Shown: positions 25,088 through 38,370, numbered from the whole stretch's first letter. The stretch is DNA of 57,599 bases, filler included, from Sphacelaria rigidula (GCA_964200075.2; 4 parts of 4 records of this genome joined end to end with filler, not necessarily neighbours in it); one strand, 5' to 3'. Translations and numbers: made by a program. The notes: generated from the sequence alone by a model not told the origin.

Positions 25088-26300
25088 CCCCTAGACCGCG
25101 AACGTAGTCCATCTGGACTATGCATACTTTTTTGAGGTGAAATTGATGCCGATTCAACAGATGACCTGCTCTCGCTGTCCGAGGGTTAACCCTCAGCGAC
25201 CCCGCAGGTGGACTGAAATGGACTACGAGTTTATCACACCTGGGCTTCAGAACAGCTCTTTTCTCACTACACAAAAGCGCATTTTCTCATAATCACGTGG
25301 ATGCTGGGCAGTCCACCCGGTGTATGCATACATTTTTTCAAGTGAGTATTGATGTCGATTCAGTAGGTGACCTACCCTCGCGGTCTGAGGGTTGACCCTT
25401 AGAGGGCAAGAGTTGGTCACAACTTGAATCGGCATTAATTCGACTTGAAAAAGTATGCGCGATCCAGACGGACTATCCTCCTCGCGGTTTAACCCTTAGA
25501 CCGCGATATTAGTCTTTCTGGATCATGCATTCTTTTTTTCACTTGAAATTGATGCCGATTCAACAGAAGACTAACCTCGCGGTCTAAGGGTTAAGGGTTA
25601 ATCCTTTTGGGACCGCCTACCTCACAACAATCGTGTGTAAGCGGTAGGGAACAATATTTTCGTGAGATTGAGAGTAGGGCGTTGATTGCGATCCAAGGGT
25701 TAACCCTTAGACCGCGAGATCAGTCTTCCTGGATCATGCATACTTTTTTTTCACTCGAAATTGATGCCGATTCTACAAGTAGACTAACCTCGCGGTCGAA
25801 GGGTTAATCCTTAGACGGCAAGAAGAGTAGATCACCTGTTGAATTGGCATCAATCCCACTTGAAAAACTATGCGTGATCCAGATAAACTACCCTCCTCGC
25901 GGTCTAAGGGTTAACCCTTTTGAGACCGTCTACCTTACAACGGTGTGTCAGCGGCAGGTAACAATGCTTTCGTGAGAATGAGAGTAGGGCGTTGATTGCG
26001 TTCCAAGGGTAACCCTTAGACGGCAAGAGTAGGTCACCTGTTGAATCGGCATCAAGCTCACTTGAAAAAGTAAGCATGATCCAGATGGACTACCCTCCTC
26101 GCGGTCCAAGGGTTAATTTGTTTGGGACCTTCTACCTCTCAATCGTGTGTTAATGGCAGGTAGCGATGGTTTCGTGAGATTGAAAATAGGGCGTTGACTG
26201 CGGTCCAAGCATTATTCCTTTTGGGACTTCTACCTCTCAATCGTGTGTTAGCGGCAGGTAGCAATGGTTTCGTGAGATTGAGAAAAGGGCATTGATTGAG
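25088..26300. mobile_element. Cluster of about ten ~95-100-bp TTAA MITEs from 2-3 related subfamilies
   Basis: Units at 25088-25185, 25396-25597 (containing 25493-25590), 25602-25699, 25704-25803, 25808-25910, 25915-26009, 26013-26112, then degraded copies. They are joined by single TTAA-like sites. Confidence 0.9.
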
Positions 26301-26588
26301 ATTGGGTTCTATCATTCGCTTCAAGTTGGCCAAATATTCATTCCGTGTGTGCTTTTCTTTGCCTACATCACTAGCGTGTGCTTACATCTACACGTCGATA
26401 TCCTAGTCAGGGATACGAAGGGTTTCAGACCATCGTTGCTTCCTTTTTTCTTTCCTTTCTGAGACCGCTGCTTTTTTGTTTTTCTCTTTTTTTCCCTTCT
26501 TTTTTCTTTCATCAGTCTGTTTTTTTTTGCTGCTCCTGACCACGAGCTGGATTGATGCAGTCAGCTAATGTTAGAGAATCAACCAATC

Positions 26589-27411
26589 AACCTTATTTTT
26601 AATGGTAGTCACCAATCCCAATTTTTTTACATCGAGGGGGGAAAAATCTGGGAACGTATTTCATGGTCCAAATCGGGGGAGATAATATCGGGGTGTTGCG
26701 ATCTCAGAACGATTTCTGCCGATTTTGTTTTTAAAGATCGGGAGATCATTCCGAGATCGTGACTCCTCCCGATTTTGAGGAGGGGACGTAAGTGTATTGA
26801 CGTACATTGGTAGGGTAGGAGGCGTTTGATACTTTCGTATTCGCAGCAGAAGACAGTCTCATGACAGTGCAGGGCGTGCCTGCCCTTTGCACGGGGTTTG
26901 ATAAATTGATCATAAGTGTTGATGCCGTACCCTGCGGCGATGGTAATACATGATGCTGCGCTGCGCTGCTACATGTATCACTATTATAACAAACGGTACC
27001 GTGTTCTCCTCGTCTGTTGTCGCTGTACTTGAGGGGTGATGTATGGTACTGCACTACTGAACTCTTTTCGTGCACTGATTGTTCATTTTGCTCGCAATAC
27101 CGACAGTGCCGTCATCATGTACTACCACGCGGCATGATCGTGTACTGTATTAGGAGTGTCCTGCATTGCATTACCCTAGGGAACCAAGGTACGACACTAT
27201 ACTCGAAGGATTAGTCACCGCCTGCCTGCTTTTCGGCTTCATGCACGAGTACGTAGTACCACACTCGTGCAGAAAAGGACCGTGTGTGTACAGAACTATG
27301 TCACAAATATATTATACCGCCTGTACCATGAAACGGTTCCCCCGATTTTGAGTTAGCAAATTTGCGGCCCCATCGAAAAAAATCGAGATTCGTTGCCGGA
27401 AAAGATCGTCT
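26589..27411 (-). mobile_element. Diverged copy of the 38371-39117 TIR element
   Basis: Reverse-complement colinearity (ttccgagatcgtgact; accgcctgtaccatgaaacggt; gcagcagaaga(c/t)agtctc). Ends approximate. Confidence 0.75.
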
Positions 27412-28678
27412 TATACGTCGTCTCATCGACGAGCAAGAGTGGAATCTACATTTTTTCTTCATACTGTCGATGCTGTCATATTGCTTCATGGGGAGTCCTT
27501 GGTTCTGCAGGATCAGTGTCTTCTGCATCGCTAAGATTCTTTATTTTGGGTCAACTTTTGTCTATGTTTGAAGGTTGAAATGCCTTCATTTTGGGCAGAT
27601 ATCTTAGACGTGGGATGGGTGGAGACTGGCGTGATTGTTTAGTTCTGCCTCGTTTTGATTGTTGATTCTCGTTCGGGGTTTGTCGTTTTTCAAGGTTAAA
27701 TACGTTCATTCGCGTGGATTTCTCGGACGGAGAATGGGTGGAGCTTCACAGTTATCGTTTTAGTTGTGCAGGACCAATGCCTTCTGCCTTGTTTCGGCTC
27801 TTTTTGGTGAGGTTTCATCGTCGCCGACGTTGTTTGAAAGTCCAAGGAGGCGAAAAGAAGAGAACGAGTTATATCTGAACGTTATCTTCGCCTCTCAGCA
27901 CTTCTCCATGTGGGCGACGGCCGCTGCCGGTAGCAACACTCCTCATTCCCCCTTGCCTTGGGAAACACTCCATTGAGCGGTGACGCGAAGCGCCAAAAAC
28001 CTTGTAACAAAAATATCAGTTAGTTTTCGGCTCAGGTTTCATCCCTGCAGACAGGTGTCGAAGTGCTGTATTTCTTCACTGGTTTTAGAGTACATATCTT
28101 TCGGGGCCACTTCGTTGAATGAAGCTCTGAGAAGCGGGCATTTCTTCTCTACTTCAATTTAGAGTACACCTTCTCGCTGATTTTACATATCAGCCTTTTC
28201 GCTTGCATTTCGCTGGACATTACGGTGCGCTCCGATTCTGCTGGGTTTGGAGTACATGCGCTTTCCGCGCGGTGTTCCGCGCGGCGTTTTGACGTTGCGA
28301 TACGTTCCGTTGGATGCATTTCCTCGCTGGCGTTTCGGTGGACCCTTTGCACGTCGGAGACGCCACCTCTCGACCGCACGCATTCAACATTCCTTCGTGG
28401 AACCGGTATCGTTTTCACTTGAAAATTCAATCGGCATCATGATTAGTTGAGTCGGAACTGTGCTAAACGGCAGTGTGCCATCGCTCTCCGTTCAATTCTC
28501 GGGGCACACGTCGAGCATGTAGTGATCTTGCTCGCATGTCGTCTCGAGTGTACCTCCCCTTTACTGTCTCTGGACTGCTGTTGTACCTACTGCTGCTACT
28601 CTACCGTACATGCACTTTTTTGTTTCATCATGGGGCGCTAAAAGCAAAGGCGTCTATTTTTCTAGATTTGAGTCGGCT

Positions 28679-28751
28679 GCCGGTCGCCCCGGTGGCTCAG
28701 TTGCTAACCTCGGAGCCTTCTAACGGTTGGGAAGTGGGTTCGAATCTCGGT
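28679..28751 (+). mobile_element. 5' head of a tRNA-derived SINE, cut by the gap
   Basis: GCCGGTCGCCCCGG, A-box-like TGGCTCAGTTGC, B-box GGTTCGAATC. Matches the head of 30661-31047. Confidence 0.8.
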
Positions 28752-28851
28752 NNNNNNNNNNNNNNNNNNNNNNNNNNNNNNNNNNNNNNNNNNNNTTAAT
28801 TAATTAANNNNNNNNNNNNNNNNNNNNNNNNNNNNNNNNNNNNNNNNNNNN
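28752..28851. other. Artificial contig spacer
   Basis: N44-TTAATTAATTAA-N44. Confidence 0.95.
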
Positions 28852-29702
28852 CCGGGTTCTCATCCTCAATGAAAAGCACCATCCTCGACATAGATGATCG
28901 GCTGTTTTTTTCAGATATCTACGCCAAGGTATGTACACTGGTCTACGATCGGTAGTTGTTCCTGTTCTCCCAACTTCCATTTGAACTCTGCCGGATGTGT
29001 CTTATCTTCGTTATACAGTACATGCAAGTACCGCGCATTTGTTGACATTCGCCGTCAATCTCAGTTGAGGGGGCAAGGAGAAATGTAAATATATTGAAAA
29101 TGAAATGGGGGAGGGAGGTGCATACGCGCGCAGGTATAATACTGTATACTGTTTGTACCATTTTTTCATCGTGTGTGTGTACCGTAACATGTCGAACCAA
29201 AATCACTCCTTTCACTTGAAAAATGTATTCAATAAAAATTAATAGCCAACCAAATCGCCCACCCGCCTGGGGGTCGAAGGAGCAAGTTCTCGGGAAACAC
29301 TCAGCAGAGGAACCTGTAAATGCGGGTGAGCGGCATTTCTTTGGCTCAACAGTATGATAAATCGCCAGTGCGGCCGGAAGTACTACACGCAATAATGGAC
29401 GCATGCAATATTGGGGGGTAAGTGCATGCGTCCATTGACTGTATACGTATATACAGCGAGTAAGTTAGCCCATCAAGCCTCGCGGACAGCGGCGTATAGT
29501 CGGGCAAAAACCAGCTCTATGGGGCGGTATTATTAGTCAAAGAAGGGCTATCTCATTCTTCCGTAATCACCGAGTTTTTCGACAAAAAAAAATCTCCGAA
29601 AAAAAATGTGGGAACGCCAGATTTTCGGGGAAATCTGAAATCTGTCGGTTCTCACCAATAATAGTCGGGACCCCTACACAATATTCTGGAACGGCCCCTT
29701 TA

Positions 29703-30140
29703 GGCTAAATTTTCCTGTCGCGATGGCTCGGATAGCATCGCGATAGCATCGCGATAGCATCGCGATAGAGAGAAATTGCATTTTTTTATCGCGATACTAT
29801 CTGCCACAGGATCACACAGTTTCTTGCAACGACCACTGGCGACAATAAAAATTTTCACGAGGAAATGCGTAGGATCAGGCAATTTACCTTAATTTGATTT
29901 TCTCTGATGATCGTAAACGATGCTATTGTATCGCGATAGCATCGCGATAGAGAGGAATGGTTTTTTTTCTATCGCGACAGTAATGCGATAGAAAAAAAAC
30001 AATTATTCCTCTCTATCGCGATGCTATCGCGATGCCAATCCTGGCCATTTCTGTCCATCGCGATAGCATCGCAATAGAGAAATTTGTCTCTCTTTCGATC
30101 GCGATACTATCGCGATACCACTTTCAGGGTCAAATAAGCC
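29703..30140. mobile_element. 438-bp fold-back MITE rich in ATCGCGAT
   Basis: TA|GGCTAAATTT...AAATAAGCC|TA, tandem GATAGCATCGC units and mirrored arms. Confidence 0.7.
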
Positions 30141-30186
30141 TAAATGGACAGTTCCAGAATAATATATGGTATACTATAATAGTCGA

Positions 30187-30309
30187 CCCTTTGCAGTTCG
30201 GCTGTCACTGCGTAAGGGCACCAGGTCATCTGTTGAATGTTGAATGGGCATCACATTCACTTGAAAAAATAGTGTATGACCCAGCTGGCCTTTCTTGGTG
30301 CTCAAAGGG
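30187..30309 (-). mobile_element. Diverged TTAA-family MITE
   Basis: CCCTTTG...CAAAGGG termini with TCGA/TTGA flanks. Shares the core tgttgaat..gcatca..ttcacttgaaaaaa. Confidence 0.6.
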
Positions 30310-30660
30310 TTGAGAAATCTGCTTTCATCTCTTCGGGAAAATGTTCATCCCCCCCCCCCCCAAAAAAAAAAAAATCGAAGAATTCGGGAGAAAAACGAAC
30401 TATTATTAATGAATGGTAAACAAATAATAACCCCCCAGAATAATAGGGGTTTCCGGAAGACACTGACCAATTCAGAAAATTACAAATACAGCAGTAATAG
30501 TATTGTCGATGAGAAGCGGCCCAGAAGAGATTATGGCTGGGTGGCTTATTGGCATCAAATAAACACGTCGTTGGTTCGATGTCCTCTTATTTTGCCAAGG
30601 ACTGGTATCTGTCATGTATGTCTCGTTGTACCTTGGATATCGTTTGAGAAGATGAACAGG

Positions 30661-31047
30661 GTGAGTGCGTGTGTGTTTTTTTCCCGTGAATTCTGGACGC
30701 CAGTGTACACCTTTCGGTATATGTTGGCGCATCAGCTGGGGTCAAACAGGAGGAAGGCCACCACAGGAGCTTTTCCTTTTTCCTTTTGTTTTATTCCTCC
30801 TCCACCTTTCTTCTGGGGTGCTTGCCTTCTTTTTTTTTTAATCGCGAGAGGGGCTCAGCGGTCCCTCTCTCATCGACCATGAAGTCGTTTTTGTTTTTTT
30901 CCCACGACATGGTCTCCCTCCACTACCGTTGTTGTTGGGCATGGTTGAGAAAAAATCCCAGATCGTGTGACTGCACCAAGATTCGAACCTACGACACAAC
31001 CGTCAGAAGATTTCAAGGTTACCAACTGAGTCACCGGGGCGACCGGC
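30661..31047 (-). mobile_element. Near full-length tRNA-derived SINE (~390 bp)
   Basis: The minus strand reads GCCGGTCGCCCCGGTGACTCAGTTGGTAA...GGTTCGAATC (A/B boxes), a conserved body (tataccgaaaggtgta(c/g)actggcgtcc) and an (AC)n tail. Other copies: 38343-39472, 41127-41330, 37122-37197. Confidence 0.8.
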
Positions 31048-31185
31048 CAACAGAGCGCACCTTTTATACAGTTGCGGCCCGGAGATCAGAAATGTCAATT
31101 TGAGGTTGAGGCTCAAAGTCTTATTTCGGGTGCAAACGCCAGCATAATAATAAGTTGTATTTTTTCTTATATTAAGTTTTCCTAT

Positions 31186-31298
31186 ATTTCTGGCCGACCG
31201 GATCCTGTTGACTTTCTTAAAGTGTAGTTTTCTTATTTATCCTCGATGTAAGAAAACGACAATTTAAGATAATCAACAGGATCCGGTGGGCCAGAAAT
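31186..31298. repeat. Hairpin with ~50-bp arms and 13-nt loop
   Basis: atttctggccgaccggatcctgttga...ttttctta pairs with taagaaaa...tcaacaggatccggtgggccagaaat. Confidence 0.85.
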
Positions 31299-31628
31299 TA
31301 TTTTGTCCTCGATGTACTGCCTCCGCCACCTCCTCGCTGCACGCAAATTACGTGACGAAAAACACGATAGGTCTACAGTGTCTAACTGGCGCTACCCAAA
31401 ATGCTAGGTAGGGTGTGCTGCCTCCACCATGTAGAACAACGAAAAAAACAAGACAACGATCTTCAGGGACGACGCATAAAAGAAAAGTGAGGTTATTTTG
31501 CTGAAACAGAAGCGACCGCTATCCATCCACTAGGTGGAAAGCTCCGTATTGTATGACGAACATTGGAGGTTTCTGTTTCTTATTTTCATGTTTCTTATCT
31601 TGTCGCCCAGTTCGAGGTGTGTTTCTTA

Positions 31629-31820
31629 GGCCGTGTCTTATCAAGTTGTTTTTGACTCGAAAACGTGCGGTCGAAAATCGAATTCCCTCGTTTCTGATTC
31701 GCACACGCTTTTGATTTTCTCAGGTGGTTGAGAACATAGATGCCGTGGACGTATCAGGTATGAGCAAATTCGATTCCACCGTACGTTTTCGAGTCGAAAA
31801 CAATTTGATAAGACACGACC
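31629..31820. mobile_element. 192-bp palindromic MITE with TTA TSD (PIF/Harbinger-like)
   Basis: TTA|GGCCGTGTCTTATCAA...TTGATAAGACACGACC|TTA. Confidence 0.9.
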
Positions 31821-32093
31821 TTAGTCCATTTTTCTTATTTTCCGTGAAAGGCCCAGCTTCATTTTCTTGACTAAATTTTTCTTACTAGCGGGCCGCAACT
31901 GTACGTTAGAGAATACATAGAGCAAGTATTTGCGATGTGGCACACGATCCGCCAAGCCCCGCGCCTATAGCGTACAGTATAGTCGGGCAAACATCGGCGC
32001 AAAACCATCAAAACAACAGTGTTTTTCGGAGAGGAAACAACTACAGATCGATCACCAGCGGCCTGAAGGGTGATGGCGGAGTAGCGCATGAGC

Positions 32094-32208
32094 ATCAAAT
32101 CAACAGCGCTGTTGGTTGGCTCAGTTATTTTTGTCTCGTCTGTAAATGATTCAAATCAACATCGACGTTGGTTGGCTCAATTATTATTGGTATCGTCTGT
32201 AAAATGAT
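32094..32208 (+). repeat. Two-copy ~58-bp tandem duplication
   Basis: caaatcaaca...gttggttggctca..ta.t..tcgtctgtaaa(a)tgatt occurs twice. Confidence 0.8.
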
Positions 32209-35200
32209 TACTGGATCATTACTAGGAGGGCTGCAAAAAAAAAGTATAAATCATGGATAGGGCAAAACCACCGGTGGCCAAAAGACCCATGCAATACCTA
32301 CCCCCGCACCTCGGTTGGTCTGGCTGTGCTGTACGATCATATATACTGCAGATTGTGCCCCTTAGGAGCGAGAGAGCGGGAAATCTGAAACGGAGACGGC
32401 AAAGCTAAAAGGCGATAGAGGTGCCTTCTTCCATCCCTCCTGTTTCTGTGCGTGCGACTCGGTTAGGCCGTAAGTTTGTCGTGTGTTTGCCTCGTGCGGA
32501 CAAAGTTCAAAGTTAGTGTCCGAGTACAAGTATGTCTGCCTTGTCTGCACGCCTGCTGTTGGGCTGTCTGTGAGGGACTGAAGTTTGAGTTTATCTGTCT
32601 GTGCTACAGACTGTATTCGTTGTTGTTGGCTGGGGCATTCAACGTTGATTTTCTCCCGCGTTCAGACGCTGGCTGACTGCCGAGACTAGAGTACACAGCA
32701 CCACCCACCCAGTACCCGGCTTTTTGAAGTGCAGGTAACTGGGGGTAACATATATCATGCAGAGTGTTGCGTCAAGGCCTGTTGGCGCATGTGTGCGTGT
32801 GTTGGGACTTATTACGTCAACAGAATGGATCGGCCACATGTGCATTCTACACGACCGAAACAATGTCTTGAAGCAGAATTGGTGGTACATCATAAGTGTG
32901 TCTCGGCATTTTGCGACCTGACTTCCAAGAGCAGCCATTTTGACCGCATAGTACACCATTAGGCTGTATCACAGGCCCCCTGGTGTGTCATCTCCGTGCT
33001 GCACTGCCTGCTATTGGCTTTCTAGTTTGCGGCTTCGAACCCGTGCACAGTACACGCTGTTTGTTTTGTTGTGCAATCGCGCGTCCTGCCCTCATTTTCC
33101 AGCGTCCATCTGAACGCAGCACCTTACCCCCGTCTTCACCGAGCAGGCAGGATAATATACTGGAATACCCATGCGTCCTAGAGGCATGTTGCCGGTGTCC
33201 CGAGGCGTTTGCTCTTCGCGTGAGTCCCCCGTAGTCTCCACCCCTGGCATCAGCGTGCATCATAATGGTGTTGTAGCTGCTGGTGCTGCAGCAGCAACAT
33301 CCACGGGAACAGCAGGGGGGTGTGGTGGTGCAGCGATACGAAGGCAGCGGCGACGCCAGCGTAGGATTCGAGCTTTGAAAGGGTTGGGCTGCGGAGGATC
33401 GTGGTGAGAGGTGTATTGTACAGTCTCGAGCAAACCAATTACAACCTTTTTGTTGCTCTCACCGGAGGAAGATTCCCCTCCCGCTTGTACAAGTGCTATC
33501 TGTATTGTTTATTACTGCTATTGCTCGGACAACATCATCGTACTGCCTTTGTTCACCAGAATGCCTGCTCTGTTTTGTTCGTTGCCGTCTCCAACGTTCA
33601 ACTTGGAAAAAGATGGACTGCCAGTGTTTCCGGTTTACCGTCCGTGATTTTTTTGTTTATTCCTACAGGTGTCCTGTTTTCTAGTAGAGCGTGACTCTGG
33701 TGCTGCTGCCTGTTTGTCCGAATATCCACTTCCTCACCACGCGAAAGAACTAGCATTCGTCCGAACTATTGCGTGTTGAGCGCGGACAGTATGTTGTACA
33801 GTGAGCAAGCACTACAGTAGCAGTTTTTTCAGACGTGCAAAGAAGGAGGCGACGCGAGTGTAGAGTAGCTGCGGTACCATGTGCTCAACGAGAGACAGGA
33901 TGTGGCTATACCTGCAGCAAACATCCTTGTGTTTCGATGCAATACGTGATGCAGTACGTACAGACATGTACATAAAAGCAGGAATTGGATTTACGTTAGA
34001 CTGACCGCCAGATCAAGAATAAAAGAAATGCGGTATTTTACGCAGAGATCCGTCGCTCAGCATCTCGCTCACAGGTCTTGTACGTTTTGAGATGTACAAG
34101 CTGACCGTTGTATGAAATCCAAGACAGCACCTCCGCATTGACTGCCATTGCTTCTCCGGGTCGTGTGACAACAGTCAGTAGTACTGCCCTGTCTGTGCTG
34201 GTTACAATACTGCACCGTGCAGTACGGGACAGGACGGGACTGTAGTACAGGCAGCACGAATCTCATTACGACTTGTTGTATGTACTAGGTGACACACGTA
34301 GGCCCCTGCCGTATTGTCGGACGGGCCTCTACCGCACTATAAAAGAGACCATACCAGTGCACGAGGTATTACACAGCATTGTTATCCTGTGCGTACCATA
34401 CCGCAGCAGCAGGTTTTCTCCACACAAGGGTAGCCCTTCATGCCGTAGAACCTCCCCGTAAAACCTCCCCGGCATATACTTGTGTTGTATTATTGCACCC
34501 TTATTTATCGCATCTATTCTGAGAACGCACGTTACCCGTCCATACACGATGCGCACCGTCATTTTTACTCCGCAAAGTCACCCCTCACGTCTGTTGTAGA
34601 CGGGTACGTAGCACAATCTACACCCGTACGATTCAATATTGGACGGTACAGCACGACACACGTGTGAGCAAGGCTTTTTCACACACGGGGGTCTCGAGCA
34701 CGGGAGTTTTGGCGGTGTTGTACACGTCTGACCATATCATGCGGTTTGTTGCAGGAAGTACCCTGCGGTCAGTTCCGAGTTCATGTCGATCACAAGGCCA
34801 GGGCAGCCGGCAGGTGTGGTGGGTTCCATTTTTCCCGACGAACTTGTTTAGAGGTACAACTCCCGGAGCAGGCCCGGCCACTAATTGCATCGTAAGCGGA
34901 ATCGTTACCCCCGCGTCGCGCGCGCCTTTATACAGCCGAGCATCCTGCATACGTCTTGTAGTCGCTGTAGATCTCGAGTTCAGTAGATTTCCATTGCGGG
35001 CTGTACAGACCAACAGTTCATGTACAGACAATTCGAGATGCACTTTACCGCTCGCCTCCTGTAGCAAACCTAGGCGGTACTACTGTGTCACAGTAGCCTT
35101 CATCGACTGCCGGAGTAGGTTATATTTTACGTCATCATTTTGTCTTCAACAATGAATAGATCCAGGTAATCAATCGGAGAATCAACCCCAGTAGTTTGGA

Positions 35201-37917
35201 AATTGGAAACGAATACATCAACTGCGTGCTTTATGATGGTGTGTGGTATTAGCAGTACCGTCACTCAGACGGGGAGGAGGGAGGGGGCGTCGTACGCAGC
35301 TGGTTTCACTCGTGGCCGCTAGAAGCGGTATCATGTTTTTGTTATCGCAAATTTTTTTTGTGTTGCAAGGAGGCCTGCCCTTTACCCAGAACAAGTGTGG
35401 TGTCATTTCGTCAGGTATGCAGCCAGCACCTGTGCCTGCCGGTGGTGCGCATGGATGAGCGCAACAGCGGCGCATGACGGGTGCAATGTGCAACTGGTGC
35501 TAGTCAACCAGCTTCATGCACACGTCGTCGGGCGTGCTGCTGCACAATTTGAAGCTTACGATGTGCCACCCACGTGTTATTCAGTCTAAATGTGGAAGCA
35601 ATACTTCTTACATACCGTAGTGGTGTATGATACGGTTTGGAGGAAAGTTGTACAACAAAGTGTAGGAGACTTCGTAAGCTCAGCCTTTTTGGCACACCCT
35701 ACTTTACCCCGCCTGGTCAGTAGTGGCCCCCTAGTTTTCGTGTTGATATTTGCAAGTGCAGGCCAAAATCATGTGGAACGAGATTGAAGTGCTACTGTTG
35801 ACCCCACCCGATGCATCTTGATCATCGCAGCTGTACCTTCATGCGAAGCTTATACAAGCTTCCGCTTCGAAGCTGTTACCGCTAAATGCACAGCCATTCA
35901 CATGATCAACTTTGCTCGGTTCCGAAGGGGCCTGCCTGAGAGCGCTTGTTTTACTCCGGCATGCTTTTTCCGAGGCCTGTAACGTACCTATACAGCAAAT
36001 ATACCCCCAGTTTGATCGAAAGTATCCTCTCTCTTCTCTTCGCACTCGATACGTACTTGTGGACCGTGAAGTATAGTACTTCTCGATCAGTATCGAAATA
36101 TGAAATGTTGGAAAATGTTCATGGTTGAAATATATTATGTTTCACCATGTTTTCCGTTTGGGCCGAGATCCGGATCTTGACGAGGGCTAACGATTTCGTG
36201 GTCGCCACCACTCACTCCGTTATCATACTCGAATCTGTCGACACTTTTTTGGGCTGGTTGAGGTAGTCGCAAGTCCCCTACTTTCGTTGTTGTTGTTGTT
36301 GTTGTTGTTGTCTTGGAATTTCAAATCGTTCCGATATCTGCGTGGTACATTCGTACTGGGCATCTGATGCGGACGCCTCCCGTGGTTTCATTGCACACCA
36401 GAATAGATGGGACGACATTGCACACCATCTGTTGGCCAGAAAAAAGATCAACGCCAAACCTCCGGGGCTCGTTGTATCCAGTGCGGCCGTGTCCACTGAC
36501 AGGGTTCAGAAGTAGATTCACTGACCCTAGCGCAGGCCGCCGGTGCGTGAGGCAAAACAAGAATGAAAATCGGAAAATCTGGAATGCTGCCTTTCTGGAC
36601 CGTATGGGTCATATTACGCGGTAGAAGAGAGAGCCATAATAAGCGGATTTTGGCACCTTGGAATGTCATTCTGTACTTCGGAACTTTTTCTTGATTTCAC
36701 CGGTCTCCGAGAAAAATGAGCAGTCTCAGAAATATGCAAGTTTGGCTTTTGTAAGGCAGAGCCAGAAAGGTCTCCCCGGCTGGTGAGGGGCCTCGCCAGA
36801 GGCGAAAAAAATCACGTCTTGGTTTCATCTATGTTGCAAATCGAGCCCATGAGTGACCGTCCAAGAGCACCTTTTTGCGCACGAATTTCAATTTAGCAGG
36901 GAAAATGTGGCAACGAAAATATATATATGAAAAAACGATGTACTATATTCGGTGTCGTTCGATATTTGCTGAGAATCGTCGGAAACGGTGTTGGACGAGC
37001 TCCTGGTAAATGCTCCTGAAGACGAGACCGTTGTTCATGCTCCTGGTGTCTCGCTTAGGGTACACTACTGCTGCTTCTATTGACGGTAACCTGCGCAAAT
37101 ATAACCAAAGCTAAACGATACCAGACCACATGTACCAGAAGGTGTAGACTGGTGCCCAGAATAGATGGGACGACAACACACACAAACAACAACACGCATG
37201 TCTAAAGTGAATAACGACCGTACCAGGCGTACCAATACGTCGTCGTGGGTGCTGCTGCTGATCAATGTTGATACATGCCAATATATCACAGTGTTGACAT
37301 CTGTACTGGTATCTGTACGCAGCCCTGTCAACTCGGGACCCGGGCGTTCAACGTGTTAACCTATTGATTTGGTACGCACTGCTTATTCCAAGAGGTGAGT
37401 AATCAGCCCACATCCCGTTCTTGCTTTTTTCTGTCATTTCAGCAAGATTCAACTTTCTAGTTGAGTACTATCGTGCTCGTGTCGGCTGCGAGACCGTTTC
37501 CCGAAAAGCGAATAGCCTTCTCCGTGTTACGTCATCCACGATCTCTACACGTGTTGGTAACATTTTCTGTATTTGCACCAAAAACGGGAGCAAATCCCCC
37601 CACCACCACAACCCAAACAGCAAAACCCATTCCCCCACTGGCAGGTGGAACGAAGCGAAACCATTGAGCATGCAGAGGTGGGAGGAGCCTTTTCGCAACA
37701 GACCTCGGGCCATTTTGTGTTGCCGGTTTACAGTAATGATTCGGCTCGAGCCAGTCCCACTACTCCGTTATGAAAAAAAAATTCCCCTCTCTTACGGGTA
37801 CAGCGACCAGCGAGGTTTTTTCCACGAACATATCTGGATTGATTTTATTTCCATTGTTTTTGCTGAATATAATGACGAGGTACTAGTACATAATGTAAAA
37901 TAAATAATTTGAATAAA

Positions 37918-37970
37918 TTTAATTAATTAATTAATTAATTAATTGGATGGATGGATGGATGGATGGATGG
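37918..37970. repeat. Compound microsatellite (TTAA)n(GGAT)n
   Basis: Read directly. Other microsatellites: (TTG)n ~36288-36311, (AAT)n ~42605-42628, (AC)n ~42668-42696. Confidence 0.9.
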
Positions 37971-38370
37971 TTGGTCATTTGATTTATTTTTTTGAGCAAG
38001 GGAAAGACAATATGGAGTTTTGTTTCCCCCATGTACACATACTGCGAGAAAAGATCGGACGAAACAATGTTTCCGTGAGATCGAGAGTCTAAGATACGAT
38101 TGAGAAGTCAGAAGCGGTCAATTGATGAATCCAGAAGTTTCAGTTCTGAAATGCCCCTCCAGGCCTTATGCGAGGCCCGATATGCTTTCTGTACTAGCTT
38201 TCCAATGAAGCCTTTGATATCTCCGAGTAGGATATCGATGTGTAGCTGTAAGCACACGACAGTGTAAGTTACAGGTAGGGAAAAGTACCCACGAAATGAA
38301 GAATTGGTCACGTTGGAGCGAATAATGGCCAGTTATGGTCAAGCCGGTCGCCCAGGTGGCTTAGTTCGTA

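Noticed and set aside
28679..28751. tRNA gene
   Set aside because: It has A/B boxes but no convincing cloverleaf, and other copies continue into a shared SINE body.
32362..36050. Host gene or transposase remnants in the apparently unique 32.4-36 kb stretch
   Set aside because: No recognisable motif or consistent exon chain by eye. A BLASTx search is needed.
37918..37944. Fourth assembly linker
   Set aside because: No flanking Ns and it is contiguous with (GGAT)n, so it is a natural microsatellite.
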